Assembly: GCA_964601985.1 (NCBI GenBank) | Contig: CAZRPT010000073.1 | Location: 390-64,389 of the forward strand | Direction: 5' to 3' | Source: an uncultured Verrucomicrobiota bacterium | Lineage (GTDB): Bacteria; Verrucomicrobiota; Verrucomicrobiia; Limisphaerales; J093 | DNA: 64,000 nucleotides | Part shown: one piece after another, positions 27,197 to 46,600 of the stretch | How positions within the stretch are numbered: position 1 is the stretch's first letter | Layout: each line of letters starts with the position of its first letter | Made by a program: the position numbers and the translations under genes | Notes under the pieces: generated by a model | Databases searched by the model: none | Seen by the model: the letters and a program-made list of their open reading frames with translations, nothing else | Told to the model about the DNA's origin: nothing

Positions 27197-27616
27197 TCAG
27201 CCGTGCCGGTGCCGGGCCACAAACTGGGTCCGGATGGGCAGCTTGTGCGCCGCCAGGCGCAACGACTGCCGGGCCACTTCCTCCGAGACCCCGTCCACTT
27301 CAAACAGCATCGTGGCCGGGCGCACGACGGCCACCCAGCAGTCCACCGCGCCCTTGCCGCTGCCCATGCGCACTTCGAGGGGCTTCTTGGTGATGGGCTT
27401 GTCCGGGAAGACCCGGATCCACAGCTTGCCCCGGCGTTTCATCTGGCGGGTGATGGCCACGCGGGCGGCTTCGATCTGCTTGCTCTCCAGCCAGCAGCGT
27501 TCGAGGGCCTGCAACCCGTATTCGCCGAAGGCGACGGTGTTGCCCTTCTGCGCCATGCCGGCGCGGTTGCCGCGCTGTTGTTTGCGATATTTGACCCGGG
27601 AGGGAATTAATGGCAT
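27197..27616 (-). CDS. rplP: 50S ribosomal protein L16
   Basis: [39 protein letters not shown]... Confidence 0.96.
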   Translation of the reverse strand: MPLIPSRVKYRKQQRGNRAGMAQKGNTVAFGEYGLQALERCWLESKQIEAARVAITRQMKRRGKLWIRVFPDKPITKKPLEVRMGSGKGAVDCWVAVVRPATMLFEVDGVSEEVARQSLRLAAHKLPIRTQFVARHRHG

Positions 27617-27628
27617 CGGACGGTCTCC

Positions 27629-28309
27629 TTAGATCGTGGGCGTGGGCGCGGCCGGGGTTTGGATCACCGGCCGCTGTTTCTCGACCTGGGTCTCGCCGGT
27701 GCAAATCCAGCACTTGACGCCCAGGACTCCGTAAAGCGTTCGGGCTTCCGCGAAGCCGTAGTCAATGTTGGCCCGCAGGGTGTGCAGCGGCACCCGGCCC
27801 ATGTGGTAATTCTCCGTGCGGGCCAGCTCGGCGCCGCCGAGGCGGCCGGAGCAGCGGATGCGGACGCCCTCGGCGCCGGCGTCCATGGTCAACTGGACGG
27901 CGCGCTTCATGGCGCGGCGGAAGGCGATGCGGCGCTCCAGCTGCAGGGCCACGTTCTCGGCCACGAGGTAGGCGTCCAGCTCGGGACGCTTGATCTCGAT
28001 GATGTCCACGTAAACGTCCTTGCCCGTGAGCCTGCCGAGGTCTTCCTTGAGCTTGTCAATCTCCGCGCCCTTGCGCCCGATCACCACGCCCGGCCGGGCG
28101 GTGTGAATGGTGATGCGGCAGCGGTTGGCCGCCCGCTCGATCTGAACCCGCGGCACGGCGGCCCCCTCCAGGCGCTGGCGCAGGAAGGACCGGATCCGGT
28201 GATCCTCGATCAGCAACGGACCAAACTCTTTCTTGGGGGCGTACCAGCGGGAACGCCAGTCCCGATTGACGGCAAGCCGGAGCCCGATTGGATGTGTCTT
28301 TTGACCCAT
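27629..28309 (-). CDS. rpsC: 30S ribosomal protein S3
   Basis: [30 protein letters not shown]..., from the internal ATG (28309) of track ORF 27629..28510. Confidence 0.96.
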   Translation of the reverse strand: MGQKTHPIGLRLAVNRDWRSRWYAPKKEFGPLLIEDHRIRSFLRQRLEGAAVPRVQIERAANRCRITIHTARPGVVIGRKGAEIDKLKEDLGRLTGKDVYVDIIEIKRPELDAYLVAENVALQLERRIAFRRAMKRAVQLTMDAGAEGVRIRCSGRLGGAELARTENYHMGRVPLHTLRANIDYGFAEARTLYGVLGVKCWICTGETQVEKQRPVIQTPAAPTPTI

Positions 28310-28316
28310 AGGGAGA

Positions 28317-28649
28317 TTACTGGTCGGACAGGACGATTCGAATGTGACAACTGCGTTTGCGGATGGGCCCGGCGGAACCGCGGGCCTTGGGCACGAAGCG
28401 TTTGAGCGTCTGGCCGGGGCCCACGGTGGCCTCCTTGACGCGGAGGGTTTCGGTGGGCAGATGCAGGTTGTGATCGGCGTTGGCCAGGGCCGACCGGAGC
28501 GTCTTGGCAACCAGGCGGGCCGACTTGCGCGGCACGTACGCGAGGGTGGCCAGCGCTTCCTCCGCCTTCAACCCCTGAATCTGGCGGGTGATCTCCCGCA
28601 CTTTCTGCGGGGACATCCGGGCGTTGCGAGTGATGGCTTTGACTTCCAT
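28317..28649 (-). CDS. rplV: 50S ribosomal protein L22
   Basis: [51 protein letters not shown]... Confidence 0.95.
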   Translation of the reverse strand: MEVKAITRNARMSPQKVREITRQIQGLKAEEALATLAYVPRKSARLVAKTLRSALANADHNLHLPTETLRVKEATVGPGQTLKRFVPKARGSAGPIRKRSCHIRIVLSDQ

Positions 28650-28655
28650 GCGGTC

Positions 28656-28937
28656 TTACTTCCTTTCGGCCTTGGCGGTGTGGGAGCCGTGCTGGCGGAA
28701 GGTGCGGGTGAGGGAGAACTCGCCCAGCCGGTGGCCCACCATGTTTTCCGTGATGAACACCGAGTTGAAAACCTTCCCGTTGTGCACGTTGATGGTCAGG
28801 CCGACAAAGTCCGGCGTGATCGTCGAGCGCCGCGACCAGGTCTTGATGGGCACCTTGGAGTTGGTCTCCTTGGCCTTCAACACCTTGTCCAGCAAATGCT
28901 GGTCCACGAACGGGCCTTTTTTGATCGAGCGTCCCAT
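28656..28937 (-). CDS. rpsS: 30S ribosomal protein S19
   Basis: [55 protein letters not shown]..., from the internal ATG 28937. Confidence 0.96.
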   Translation of the reverse strand: MGRSIKKGPFVDQHLLDKVLKAKETNSKVPIKTWSRRSTITPDFVGLTINVHNGKVFNSVFITENMVGHRLGEFSLTRTFRQHGSHTAKAERK

Positions 28938-28945
28938 AAGCCAAA

Positions 28946-29800
28946 TTATTTCTGTTTCATCGGGCGACCGTCCCGGCGGACCACGATGAAGCGGTTCGAG
29001 GCCTTGCGCCGGGGGCGGGTGCGATAGCCCTTGGCCAGCAGCCCCCACGGGGAGGTCAATTGCTGCCAGCCGCCGCCGCCCTTCGACTTGCCCTGACCGC
29101 CGCCGTTGGGATGGTCCACGGGGTTCTGGGCCACGCCGCGGGTGATCGGCCGCCGGCCCAGGTGCCGCCGCCGTCCCGCCTTGCCCAGGGAAATGTTTTC
29201 GTGATCCAGGTTGCCCACCTGGCCGATGGTGGCGTAGCAGCTTTCGTGCACCCGCCGAATCTCGCCCGAGGGCAGTTTCACCAGCGCGTAACCGCCGTCC
29301 CGCGACATCAGGGTGGCGGAGCTGCCGGCGGCGCGCACCATCTGGGCCCCCTTGCCGGGGAACATCTCGACGTTGTGGATCTCCATGCCGGCGGGGATGG
29401 CCTTCAGGGGGAGGCAGTTGCCCACGTTGGGCGGGGCCTTCGGCCCGCTCATCACCTCGGCGCCCACTTCGAGGCCCTTGGGGGCCACGATGTAGCGCTT
29501 CACGCCGTCCTGGTACTCGAGCAGGGCGAGCCGGGCGCTGCGGATGGGATCGTATTCGATCGCCGTCACCTTCGCCGGCACGCCGTGCTTCTTGCGCTTG
29601 AAGTCCACGTTGCGGATGCGCTGCTTGTGCCCGCCGCCGATGCCCCGGGCGGTGATGCGGCCATAGCAGTTGCGCCCGCCGCGCTTCTTGCGGGTGGTGA
29701 GCAGGCGCTTCTCGGGCTTGCGCTTGGTGATCTCCTCGAAGCTCGAGACGGTCTTGTACCGGTTCGAGGGGGTGGTGGGTCGGAAAGTCTTGACGGCCAT
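28946..29800 (-). CDS. rplB: 50S ribosomal protein L2
   Basis: [34 protein letters not shown]..., from the internal ATG 29800. Confidence 0.96.
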   Translation of the reverse strand: MAVKTFRPTTPSNRYKTVSSFEEITKRKPEKRLLTTRKKRGGRNCYGRITARGIGGGHKQRIRNVDFKRKKHGVPAKVTAIEYDPIRSARLALLEYQDGVKRYIVAPKGLEVGAEVMSGPKAPPNVGNCLPLKAIPAGMEIHNVEMFPGKGAQMVRAAGSSATLMSRDGGYALVKLPSGEIRRVHESCYATIGQVGNLDHENISLGKAGRRRHLGRRPITRGVAQNPVDHPNGGGQGKSKGGGGWQQLTSPWGLLAKGYRTRPRRKASNRFIVVRRDGRPMKQK

Positions 29801-29814
29801 GGTGCTGGATTCGC

Positions 29815-30096
29815 TCAGGTCAACACGATCGCGTCGCCTTCCTTGAGGGTGACGATCGCTTTTTTCCAATCAGGAGATTTGCCCGCTTGATGGGTGCGCT
29901 GGCGGCGTTTCTTGCCCCGCACGTTCATGGTGCGGACCTCGGTCACGGTGACCTTGAACAGCTCCTCCACCGCCTGGCGGATCTGAATCTTGTTGGCCCG
30001 GCGGTCCGCCACCACGATGTAGCGGTTGAACTGCTCGGCCTGGATGCTGCCCTTCTCGGTCAGGCGGGCGGTTTTGATGATGTCAAACGGGCTCAT
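29815..30096 (-). CDS. rplW: 50S ribosomal protein L23
   Basis: 93 aa. ...[46 protein letters not shown]... Confidence 0.94.
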   Translation of the reverse strand: MSPFDIIKTARLTEKGSIQAEQFNRYIVVADRRANKIQIRQAVEELFKVTVTEVRTMNVRGKKRRQRTHQAGKSPDWKKAIVTLKEGDAIVLT

Positions 30097-30097
30097 C

Positions 30098-30718
30098 TTA
30101 CTTCAAGCGTTGTTCGATCTGCTCCCAGGCGGACCGCGTCACGACCAGTTTGTCGTAGCGCAGGACGTCGTAGGTGTTCACGGCGTCGCCGGTGGTCACG
30201 TCCACGCCGGGCACGTTCCGGGCGGAAAGCAGCAGGGGCTCGTTGTCCCCGGCGTGCACCACCAGGATCACGCCCTCCACCTCCAGCGCATCCAGCACGG
30301 CAAGGAAGCTCCTGGTCTTGGGGGCTTCGAATTTCAGGTCGTCCACCAGCACCACGTCGCCGTTTTGCAACCGCTCGGTGAGCGCCTTGCGGAGGGCGAG
30401 CTTGCGGGTGGCCTTGTTGACCTTCTTCGAGAAATCGCGGGGTTTGGGGCCGAACACCACGCCGCCGCCCACCCAGATGGGGGACTTGCGGGTGCCGTGG
30501 CGCGCGCGCCCGGTGCCCTTCTGCCGCCAGGGTTTCTTGTTGACGCCCGCCACCTCGGAGCGCGTCTTGGTGCAGGCGGTCCCCATGCGCTGGGCGGCCT
30601 GGTAGGCCACCACCACGTCATGCACCGCCTGGTCGCCCTTGCCGGCCTCCACCAGCGGGAAACCCACTTCCAGTTCGCCCGCCGGGCCGCCTTTCTGGTC
30701 TCGAATCGAAAGCTTCAT
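30098..30718 (-). CDS. rplD: 50S ribosomal protein L4
   Basis: [18 protein letters not shown]...[37 protein letters not shown] 30718 is preceded by GGGAGA 9 nt upstream. An alternative ATG is at 30727. Confidence 0.94.
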   Translation of the reverse strand: MKLSIRDQKGGPAGELEVGFPLVEAGKGDQAVHDVVVAYQAAQRMGTACTKTRSEVAGVNKKPWRQKGTGRARHGTRKSPIWVGGGVVFGPKPRDFSKKVNKATRKLALRKALTERLQNGDVVLVDDLKFEAPKTRSFLAVLDALEVEGVILVVHAGDNEPLLLSARNVPGVDVTTGDAVNTYDVLRYDKLVVTRSAWEQIEQRLK

Positions 30719-30736
30719 GCTTGGCATTCTCCCGGT

Positions 30737-31465
30737 TTACCGACGTCCGCGTCCCTTGGCCTTCGCCTTGGCCCGGGCCTCCTCGGCCGCCTTCTTGGCC
30801 GCGGCAATGGCCTGCCGCCGGGCTTCGGCCTTGGCCTTGTCCCTCTTCTTGGCCTCCCGGATGATCAGGTAATCTCCGTTGGCCCCCGGCACCGCTCCCT
30901 TGATCAGGAGCAGGCCCTCCTCCGCGTCCACGCGGATGACTTCCAAATTCTGCACCGTGCGCCGGCGCTGGCCCATGTGCCCGGGCATCTGGGTGCCCTT
31001 GCGCACGTGGCCCGGCCAGGTGCCCTGCGCGATGGCGCCGGGCCGCCGGTGCCAGCCCGCCGCGCCGTGCGAGGCGCCGCCGCCGCCGAAGTTGTAGCGC
31101 TTCACCACGCCCTGGAAGCCGCGGCCCTTGGTCAGGCCGATGGCGTCCACGAAGTCGCCCGGCACGAACAAGTCCGGCCCCAGCTCCTGGCCCGGCTGGA
31201 CTTCCTCGGAGAAGTTCCGGAACTCGCGAATCTGCCGCACGAAGTGGCCGCCGTGCTTTTCGAGGTGGCCGCGCAACGGTTTGGTGAGCCGCTGGGGCTT
31301 CTGGGCGTCGAACCCGAGCTGCACGGCGGAATAGCCGTCCTTCTCGGGGGTCTTGCATTGCAGGACGTAGTTGGGGCCGGCCTGCACCACGGTCACGCAG
31401 ACGAGATTGCCCTCCTCGTCGAAGACGCGGGTCTGTCCCAGTTTTTTTCCGATCAAACCAACCAT
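30737..31465 (-). CDS. rplC: 50S ribosomal protein L3 with a Lys/Ala-rich C-terminal tail of about 35 aa
   Basis: MVGLIGKKLGQTRVFDEEGNLVCVTVVQAGPNYVLQ...; tail ...KKRDKAKAEARRQAIAAAKKAAEEARAKAKAKGRGRR. Confidence 0.95.
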   Translation of the reverse strand: MVGLIGKKLGQTRVFDEEGNLVCVTVVQAGPNYVLQCKTPEKDGYSAVQLGFDAQKPQRLTKPLRGHLEKHGGHFVRQIREFRNFSEEVQPGQELGPDLFVPGDFVDAIGLTKGRGFQGVVKRYNFGGGGASHGAAGWHRRPGAIAQGTWPGHVRKGTQMPGHMGQRRRTVQNLEVIRVDAEEGLLLIKGAVPGANGDYLIIREAKKRDKAKAEARRQAIAAAKKAAEEARAKAKAKGRGRR

Positions 31466-31475
31466 GGTGCTTGTG

Positions 31476-31784
<309 letters not shown>

Positions 31785-31803
31785 ACCCAGCTTGTAAAAA
31801 GTT

Positions 31804-33981
31804 TCAGCTTCGCGCCGCGACCGGTTTCGCGGTGTCCAAAATACTGGCCATGATGCCCGCGGGCACCGGCTCGAACGAATACGGTTCCATCGAGTAGGCC
31901 GCGCGCCCCCGCGAGAGGGAGCGAATGGCCGTGGCGTAGCCGAACATCTCCGCCAACGGCACGTGGGCGTGGATGCTGGTCGCCGTGTTCTTGGCCTCGA
32001 TGCTGACGATCTTGCCGCGCCGGCGGTTCAGGTCGCCCAAGATGTCCCCCTGGTATTCCTCGGGGGTCGTGCACTCGACCTTCATCACCGGCTCCAAAAG
32101 GATCGGGTTCGCCTTCCGGACCGCCTCTTTCAGGGCGAAAATGCCCGCCATCTTGAAGGCCAGCTCGCTGGAGTCCACCTCGTGGTAGGTGCCGTCCACG
32201 ATGGCGATCTTCAGATCCACGAGGGGATAGCCCGCCAGCACGCCGCCGGAGATGGTCTCGTTGAGGCCCGCGATGACCGCCGGGATATATTCCTTCGGAA
32301 TGACGCCGCCGACAATCTTGTTTTCGATCTCGATGCCCTTGCCGCGCTCGTTCGGCTCCAAGGTGATGACGGCGTGACCGTACTGGCCGCGACCGCCGCT
32401 CTGCCGGACGAACTTGCCGACGCCCTCGGCGGCCGTGGTGACCGTCTCGCGGTAGGCGATCTGCGGCGCGCCGGCGCTGGCCTCGACCTTGAACTCGCGG
32501 ACCAGGCGGTCGCGGATGATTTCAAGGTGCAGCTCGCCCATGCCGGCGATGATCAACTGGCCGGTTTCCTCGTCGGTGAAGCAACGGAAGGTGGGATCCT
32601 CCTCCGCCAGCCGCTGCAAGCCTTCGGTCAGCCGGTCGCGGTCCGCCTTGGTCTTCGGCTCGATGGCCATCGAGATGACCGGTTCGGGGAAGGTGGGCGG
32701 CTCGAGCATCACCTGGTGCTCGCGATGACAGAGGGTGTCGCCGGTGGTGATGTTGCGCACCCCCACCAGGGCGGCGATGTCGCCGGCATAGACGGTGTCC
32801 ACGTCGGTCCGCTTGTCCGCCTGGATCATCAGCACCCGGCTGACCCGTTCGCGTTTGCCGGTGCGGGTGTTGTAAATCGTGTCGCCCTTCTTGAGCTGGC
32901 CGCTGTACACCCGGAAGAAGACCAGCTTGCCCACGAAGGGGTCGGTCCACAGTTTGAAGGCCAGCGAGCAGAACGGGGCGTGGTCGTCGGGGCGGATTTC
33001 CACCGTGCGGTCGGGATCCCGGACGTCCTGGGCCTCCGCCGGCTCGATGTCCAGCGGCGAGGGCAGGTAGTCCACCACCGCGTCAATGAGGGGCTGCACG
33101 CCGCGGTTTTTGAAGGCGGAGCCGCCCAGCACGGGGACCATTTCGAGGCGGCAGGTCAGGCGCCGGATGGCCCGCTTGAGCGTGGCGCCGTCCACCGGCT
33201 TGTCCTCGATGACCAGCTCGGCCACCTCGTCGTCCTTGTTGGAGACCATGTCCACCAGCTCGGCCCGGGCCATCTCGGCCTGCTCGCGGAGTTCCCCGGG
33301 CAGGTCCACGATCTCCCAGTCCATGCCGGTTTCATCGCCCCGGGCGTAAAGGATGGCCTTCTGGTTGACGACGTCAATCACGCCCCGGAGGTGGTCCTCC
33401 TTGCCGATGGGAATCATCACCGGGCAGGCGTAGGCGCCGAGCTTCTGGCGGAGTTCCTCCACCACGTGCTCGAAGTTCGCCCCCACGCGGTCCATCTTGT
33501 TGACGAACGCGATGCGCGGGACGCGGTACTTGGTGGCCTGCCGCCAGACGGTCTCGGACTGGGGCTGCACGCCGGCCACGGCGCAGAAGACGGCGACGGC
33601 GCCGTCCAGCACCCGCATGGCGCGCTCGACTTCGGCCGTGAAATCCACGTGCCCCGGGGTGTCAATGATGTTGATCCGGTGGGCGACGCCCTCGTAGAGC
33701 TTCTCGAGGCCGTCCACCGCCTGGGTCCAGTAACAGGTGGTGGCCGCCGAGGTGATGGTGATGCCGCGTTCCCGCTCCTGCTCCATCCAGTCGGTCACCG
33801 TGTTGCCGTCGTGCACCTCGCCCATCCGATGGATGAGGCCGGTGTAAAACAGCATCCGCTCGGTCACCGTGGTCTTGCCCGCGTCGATATGGGCAGCGAT
33901 GCCGATGTTGCGGGTATGCTCCATCGGATACTGCCGGTTCGGCGAGTTCGCGGACTTCACTTGATCCATTGCGGACAACAT
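31804..33981 (-). CDS. fusA: Translation elongation factor G
   Basis: ...[27 protein letters not shown].... The ATG at 33981 (MLSAMDQVK...) is preceded by the purine-rich stretch gagaaaagagaaaaga. An alternative ATG is at 33969. The track start at 34170 overlaps rpsG. Confidence 0.95.
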   Translation of the reverse strand: MLSAMDQVKSANSPNRQYPMEHTRNIGIAAHIDAGKTTVTERMLFYTGLIHRMGEVHDGNTVTDWMEQERERGITITSAATTCYWTQAVDGLEKLYEGVAHRINIIDTPGHVDFTAEVERAMRVLDGAVAVFCAVAGVQPQSETVWRQATKYRVPRIAFVNKMDRVGANFEHVVEELRQKLGAYACPVMIPIGKEDHLRGVIDVVNQKAILYARGDETGMDWEIVDLPGELREQAEMARAELVDMVSNKDDEVAELVIEDKPVDGATLKRAIRRLTCRLEMVPVLGGSAFKNRGVQPLIDAVVDYLPSPLDIEPAEAQDVRDPDRTVEIRPDDHAPFCSLAFKLWTDPFVGKLVFFRVYSGQLKKGDTIYNTRTGKRERVSRVLMIQADKRTDVDTVYAGDIAALVGVRNITTGDTLCHREHQVMLEPPTFPEPVISMAIEPKTKADRDRLTEGLQRLAEEDPTFRCFTDEETGQLIIAGMGELHLEIIRDRLVREFKVEASAGAPQIAYRETVTTAAEGVGKFVRQSGGRGQYGHAVITLEPNERGKGIEIENKIVGGVIPKEYIPAVIAGLNETISGGVLAGYPLVDLKIAIVDGTYHEVDSSELAFKMAGIFALKEAVRKANPILLEPVMKVECTTPEEYQGDILGDLNRRRGKIVSIEAKNTATSIHAHVPLAEMFGYATAIRSLSRGRAAYSMEPYSFEPVPAGIMASILDTAKPVAARS

Positions 33982-34011
33982 TCTTTTCTCTTTTCTCGCT
34001 TGCGCTCGGGG

Positions 34012-34046
34012 AACAAAAGCGCCCGGGCCCGGGGGGCTCGGGGCGC
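34012..34046 (-). terminator. Terminator/attenuator-like hairpin in the rpsG-fusA spacer
   Basis: Minus strand GCGCCC-(16 nt GC-rich loop)-GGGCGC followed by TTTTGTT. Stem arms at 34041-34046 and 34019-34024. Confidence 0.35.
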
Positions 34047-34063
34047 GCGTTACGGTCATCGTT

Positions 34064-34537
34064 CTACCAGCGGAAATGGGCAAAAGCCTTGTTGGATTGG
34101 GCCATGCGGTGGACTTCGTCCCGGCGGCGGATGGCGCTGCCCTGCCCCTGGTAGGCATCCATGATCTCATGGGCCAGCGCCTTGCGCATGGGCACGCCCT
34201 TGCGGCCGTTGGCGAAATTCACCAGCCAGCGCAGCGCCAGGGAGGTCTGCCGTTCCGGGGAGACTTCCAACGGCACCTGATAGGTGGCGCCGCCGACCCG
34301 GCGGGGTTTCACCTCCAAACGCGGCTTCGCATTGTCCACCGCCCGTTGGAGAATGTCCAGCGGATTCGCGCCGGGATTTTTCTCCGCCAGCTCGTCCAAG
34401 GCGCCGTACACCAGTTTCTGGGCGATGCTCTTCTGGCCCCAGCGCATCAGCATGTTGACCAGCCGGGCCACCATGGGGGAGCCGTATTTCGGGTCCGGGG
34501 TCACCGGACGTTTGACTGCTCTGCGACGTCTCGACAT
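34064..34537 (-). CDS. rpsG: 30S ribosomal protein S7
   Basis: [47 protein letters not shown]... Confidence 0.96.
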   Translation of the reverse strand: MSRRRRAVKRPVTPDPKYGSPMVARLVNMLMRWGQKSIAQKLVYGALDELAEKNPGANPLDILQRAVDNAKPRLEVKPRRVGGATYQVPLEVSPERQTSLALRWLVNFANGRKGVPMRKALAHEIMDAYQGQGSAIRRRDEVHRMAQSNKAFAHFRW

Positions 34538-34546
34538 ACCTGCGAC

Positions 34547-34936
<390 letters not shown>

Positions 34937-35038
34937 GTGAATCTGCTCGGTGTTTCCCGCTCAGCCCGCCCTCAGGCGAAACGAGACGCGGATCATACGC
35001 TTGCTTGAAAGGCAGTGCGAGCGATTTTTTTCACTTTT

Positions 35039-39190
<4,152 letters not shown>

Positions 39191-39242
39191 GGTATCGGAA
39201 ACTTAAAGGGGTTGAGGTCGTTTCGAGTTCCGCGGCCGGCCG

Positions 39243-43139
<3,897 letters not shown>

Positions 43140-43313
43140 GGTCGGTAAAATCAGGCGGGCCGACGCCCGGTCGGCCGGGTAAAGGGCGAAAGACAAAACC
43201 ACGCCGGCGCCCCCCTCTCGGGACGGGGTTCCACCGGCTCTCTTGACTGTTGTGCCGTCCCGGCGCGCCGGGCGCCGCGGACGGTGGGGTATTGAATACT
43301 CAGCATCGGAAAG

Positions 43314-43344
43314 GCGGCGGGAACGGAACGACCGATCCCGCCGC
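43314..43344 (-). terminator. Attenuator-like hairpin in the rplL-rpoB spacer
   Basis: GCGGCGGGA (minus strand) pairs with TCCCGCCGC, a perfect 9-bp stem with a 13-nt loop, about 20 nt after the rplL stop. Analogous in position to the partial terminator known from the E. coli rplJL-rpoBC operon. Confidence 0.4.
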
Positions 43345-43361
43345 TTCCTGACGGAAGTCGA

Positions 43362-43748
43362 TTACTTGAGCTCGACCTTGGCTCCGGCGCCCTCCAGCTT
43401 CTTCTTGGCCTCTTCCGCGTCTTCCTTGTTGGCTTCTTCCAAGACGGCCTTGGGAGCGCTCTCCACCAGCTTCTTGGCGTCGGCCAGGCCGAGACCGGGT
43501 TTGACCTCGCGGACCGCCTTGATGACGGCGATCTTCTTGTCCGGGGGCACGGAAGTCAGGACGACGTCGAAGGCCGTCTTGGCCTCCTCGGCCGGCGCGC
43601 CACCGCCGGCGGGCGCGCCCGCCGCGGCCACCGCCACCGGCGCCGCCGCCGAGACGCCCCAATCTTCTTCCAGTTTCTTCACGAGCTCGGCCATTTCCAC
43701 CACGGTCAATTTGCCAAGCTGCTCCGCCAATGTATTGATGTCTGCCAT
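43362..43748 (-). CDS. rplL: 50S ribosomal protein L7/L12
   Basis: [32 protein letters not shown]...KVELK, from ATG 43748. The track start at 43784 is GTG and adds 12 aa. Confidence 0.93.
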   Translation of the reverse strand: MADINTLAEQLGKLTVVEMAELVKKLEEDWGVSAAAPVAVAAAGAPAGGGAPAEEAKTAFDVVLTSVPPDKKIAVIKAVREVKPGLGLADAKKLVESAPKAVLEEANKEDAEEAKKKLEGAGAKVELK

Positions 43749-43841
43749 TAGTTTTTTGTTCAGTTTCGTCGTCTTCGTGGCCACGAAGGTTTCAGTCCAC
43801 GGCCCGCGGACCGACGAGTTACTTTCGATGTTTCGGATGCC

Positions 43842-43868
43842 CGCCGCCGGAAACCGGTCCCGGCGGCG
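43842..43868 (-). other. Perfect 9-bp GC hairpin in the rplJ-rplL spacer
   Basis: CGCCGCCGG-aaaccggtc-CCGGCGGCG. Confidence 0.3.
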
Positions 43869-43883
43869 AAAGGGTAAACGGCC

Positions 43884-44402
43884 TCACGCCGCCTCCGCCT
43901 GGTCGGCCTTGGCCTGCAACACCCGCGCCAGCCGCGCGGCCGGCTCGTTGAGCAGACGCGCCAACTGGCTGGCGGGCGCCATCAGGGTGCCCAGCAGCAT
44001 GCCGCGCAGGGTGTCCATGGGCGGCAGGTCGGCCAGCTGGTTCAGCGTGGCCTCGTCCAGCAAATCCCGGCCCAGACAGCCGAACAGGAACTTCGACTTC
44101 TTGGCCTCCTTGCCGAATTCCTTGATGGCCTTGGCGGCGGCGGAGATGTCCTGTTCGCCGGTGGTCACCGCCACCTGGCCGCGCAGGGCGTCGCCGAAGT
44201 CCGGCAGGCCCGCCTCCCTGGCGGCCACCCGGAACAGGCTGTTCTTCACCACGTGGACCTCGCCGCCGCTCTCGGCCAGCCGCCGCCGCAGGTCGGTAAA
44301 TTCCGCGACGCTCAGTCCTTCGTAATTGATGGCGATCAGGAACGGCGAGGCGTTGAGCCGCTCGAAGTATTCCCGGGCCAGTGCTTCTTTTTCAGGGCGC
44401 AT
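43884..44402 (-). CDS. rplJ: 50S ribosomal protein L10
   Basis: MRPEKEALAREYFERLNASPFLIAINYEGLSVAEFTDLRRRL... Confidence 0.95.
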   Translation of the reverse strand: MRPEKEALAREYFERLNASPFLIAINYEGLSVAEFTDLRRRLAESGGEVHVVKNSLFRVAAREAGLPDFGDALRGQVAVTTGEQDISAAAKAIKEFGKEAKKSKFLFGCLGRDLLDEATLNQLADLPPMDTLRGMLLGTLMAPASQLARLLNEPAARLARVLQAKADQAEAA

Positions 44403-44416
44403 GTCAGGAAAAGGGG

Positions 44417-45121
44417 TCAGGCTTTCTGGTATTCGTTCGGATCCAGCCGCACCGAGGGGCTCATGGTGGCGGCCATCACGCAGTTTTTGATGAAGGTGCC
44501 CCGCACGCTCTGCGGCCGCGCCTTCACCACGGTGTCAATCACGGCCCGCGCGTTTTCCACCAGGTGCTCCGGGCTGAAGCTCCGCCGCCCCACCGGGACG
44601 TGCAGGTTGGCCGTCTTGTCCACCTTGTATTCGACCCGGCCCGCCTTGACTTCCTTCACCGCCTTGGCGGTGTCGTCGGTCACGGTGCCGGTCTTGGGAT
44701 TGGGCATCAGGCCGCGGGGCCCCAGGATGCGGCCCAGCTTGCGCACCTCGCTCATCGCCTCCGGCGTGGCCACCGCCACGTCGAAATCCGTCCAGCCGCC
44801 CTGGACCTTCTGGATCAGCTCCTCGAAGCCGACGTGCTCCGCGCCGGCCTCCTTGGCGGCGTCCGCCGCCGCGCCGGGCTTGGCGAAGACGACCACCTTG
44901 ACCGCCTTGCCGCTGCCGTGCGGCAGGGCCACGGTGCCGCGGACCATCTGGTCCGACTGCCGGGGATCCACCGCCAGGCGGAAGGAGAGTTCCACTGATT
45001 CGTCAAACTGGGTCTTGGGAAACTTGGCGAGCGTCTCCGCGGCTTCCTCGAGGGAATAAGCCCGCTTCGGGTCCACCTGCTCCAAGGCCTTCCGGTATCG
45101 TTTGCTGCGTTTTTTTGCCAT
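44417..45121 (-). CDS. rplA: 50S ribosomal protein L1
   Basis: MAKKRSKRYRKALEQVDPKRAYSLEEAAETLAKFPKTQFDESVELSFRLAVDPRQSDQMVRG... Confidence 0.96.
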   Translation of the reverse strand: MAKKRSKRYRKALEQVDPKRAYSLEEAAETLAKFPKTQFDESVELSFRLAVDPRQSDQMVRGTVALPHGSGKAVKVVVFAKPGAAADAAKEAGAEHVGFEELIQKVQGGWTDFDVAVATPEAMSEVRKLGRILGPRGLMPNPKTGTVTDDTAKAVKEVKAGRVEYKVDKTANLHVPVGRRSFSPEHLVENARAVIDTVVKARPQSVRGTFIKNCVMAATMSPSVRLDPNEYQKA

Positions 45122-45171
45122 GTTTCGCTGCGGTGCCGACGGGCGCGCGCCCTCCCGCGTTGAGAAAAATC

Positions 45172-45597
45172 CTAGCCCACCACCTCGATGCCCATGCTGC
45201 GGGCCGTGCCGGCGATCACCCGGATGGCCGCCTCGTCGGTGGTGGCGTTCAAATCCTTCGCCTTGATCTTCGCGATCTCCAGCAACTGCTTGCGCGTCAC
45301 CTTGCCCACCTTGTCCTTGTTCGGCTCCTTCGAGCCGGAGGCGATGCCGGCGGCCTTCTTCAACAGCACGGCGGCCGGGGGGGACTTGGTGATGAAACTG
45401 AACGAGCGGTCCTGATAGACGGTGATGACCACCGGGATGATCATGCCCGCCTGGTCCTTGGTCGCGGCGTTGAACTCCTTGCAGAAGCCCATGATGTTGA
45501 CGCCGTGCTGACCCAGGGCCGGGCCGACCGGCGGCGCCGGGTTCGCCTGGCCGGCGGGAATCTGCAGTTTGATCTGTCCGGTAACCTTCTTTGCCAT
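45172..45597 (-). CDS. rplK: 50S ribosomal protein L11
   Basis: [44 protein letters not shown]..., from the internal ATG 45597. Confidence 0.96.
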   Translation of the reverse strand: MAKKVTGQIKLQIPAGQANPAPPVGPALGQHGVNIMGFCKEFNAATKDQAGMIIPVVITVYQDRSFSFITKSPPAAVLLKKAAGIASGSKEPNKDKVGKVTRKQLLEIAKIKAKDLNATTDEAAIRVIAGTARSMGIEVVG

Positions 45598-45607
45598 ACT
45601 GTTTTCG

Positions 45608-46198
45608 TTAAGCTTTCTCCACCTGCCAGTACTCCAGCTCCACCGGAGTGCTGCGGCCAAAAATGTTCACCACCACTTTCAGGCGGCCCCGCTCGGTGTC
45701 CACCTCCTCGATCACGCCGTTGTTCCCCATGAACACGCCGTCGTTGATCTTCACGGTCTCGCCCGCCTCGAAATCCACCTTCGGACGCTCCGTCTCCTCC
45801 GACTCGCTGATCCGCTCCTTGATCTCGTCAATGTCCGACTGCGGCGTGGGGGTGGGATGGTCGCCCCCCACGAAACCGATCACCCCCTGGGTGTCGCGAA
45901 TGAAGTACCACGGCCGGTCAATGATGCGGTTGTCGTCGTCCAGCAACCGCATGTTGATGAAGACGTAGCCGGGAAACAGCTTGCGCGTGGTGACGCTCTT
46001 CTTGCCGCGCCGCACCTCGGCCACCCGCTCCATGGGCACCAGCACCTCGTGGATGTAGTCCTCGAGTTCCTCGGACTTCATCCGTTTTTCGATGCTTTCC
46101 TTCACCTTGAGTTCCTGACCGGACAAGGTGTGAAGGACGAACCACTGAGTCTGCATGTTGCTGGGCATCGGCGTCGCGCGGGGCGCGGGCTTGGACAT
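45608..46198 (-). CDS. nusG: Transcription termination/antitermination factor NusG
   Basis: ...[23 protein letters not shown]...PGYVFINM...[28 protein letters not shown] (KOW). ATG 46198 abuts the secE stop. An alternative ATG is at 46156. Confidence 0.93.
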   Translation of the reverse strand: MSKPAPRATPMPSNMQTQWFVLHTLSGQELKVKESIEKRMKSEELEDYIHEVLVPMERVAEVRRGKKSVTTRKLFPGYVFINMRLLDDDNRIIDRPWYFIRDTQGVIGFVGGDHPTPTPQSDIDEIKERISESEETERPKVDFEAGETVKINDGVFMGNNGVIEEVDTERGRLKVVVNIFGRSTPVELEYWQVEKA

Positions 46199-46200
46199 CG

Positions 46201-46467
46201 TCAAATGGACTGCAAAATGGCGTCCACCCCCCATTTTACCAGGAGGTCCACCCCGGCGGTGAAGAACCCCAGGAGAAAGATGGTGATCAAGATCACCACC
46301 GTGGCTCCCTTGAGCTCCTCCCACGTGGGCCAGTTGCACTTGCGCAGCTCCTCGCGCGTCTCGGCCACGTAACGCGAAATCCGCAAGAGCAGGCCCTTGC
46401 GCCACAGGTAGATGAAGGTGCCGCCGATCAGCACCACCCAAATGATCAATGTGCCCAGTCCGTTCAT
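46201..46467 (-). CDS. secE: Preprotein translocase subunit SecE
   Basis: 88 aa. ...YVAETREELRKCNWPTWEELKGATVVILITIFLLGFFTAGVDLLV. Confidence 0.9.
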   Translation of the reverse strand: MNGLGTLIIWVVLIGGTFIYLWRKGLLLRISRYVAETREELRKCNWPTWEELKGATVVILITIFLLGFFTAGVDLLVKWGVDAILQSI

Positions 46468-46486
46468 CGCGTTGCGTTGTTTTGCC

Positions 46487-46574
46487 TGGCGGAGGGGGAG
46501 GGATTCGAACCCCCGAGGGCTTGCGCCCTAACGGTTTTCAAGACCGCCGCATTCGACCACTCTGCCACCCCTCC
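46487..46574 (-). tRNA. tRNA-Ser (anticodon UGA), class II with a long variable arm, encoded CCA
   Basis: Hand fold of GGAGGGGTGGCAGAGTGGTCGAATGCGGCGGTCTTGAAAACCGTTAGGGCGCAAGCCCTCGGGGGTTCGAATCCCTCCCCCTCCGCCA. Acceptor GGAGGGG/CCCCTCC. Anticodon loop CT-TGA-AA. T-loop TTCGAAT. Confidence 0.85.
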
Positions 46575-46600
46575 GGCCGGATCGAGTCGCGCGGGGCTTT

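Noticed and set aside
34992-34997. TATGAT -10-like hexamer (minus strand) with an upstream A-rich tract in the rpoC-rpsL spacer, as a str-operon promoter.
   Set aside because: The -35 position reads TCGCAC (3/6), so the evidence is too weak to list as a feature. It may still be a weak internal promoter.
46487-46574. Possibility that the long-arm tRNA is a selenocysteine tRNA.
   Set aside because: The anticodon loop reads CT-TGA-AA (anticodon UGA, which decodes Ser UCN), not UCA. The acceptor stem is the standard 7 bp.
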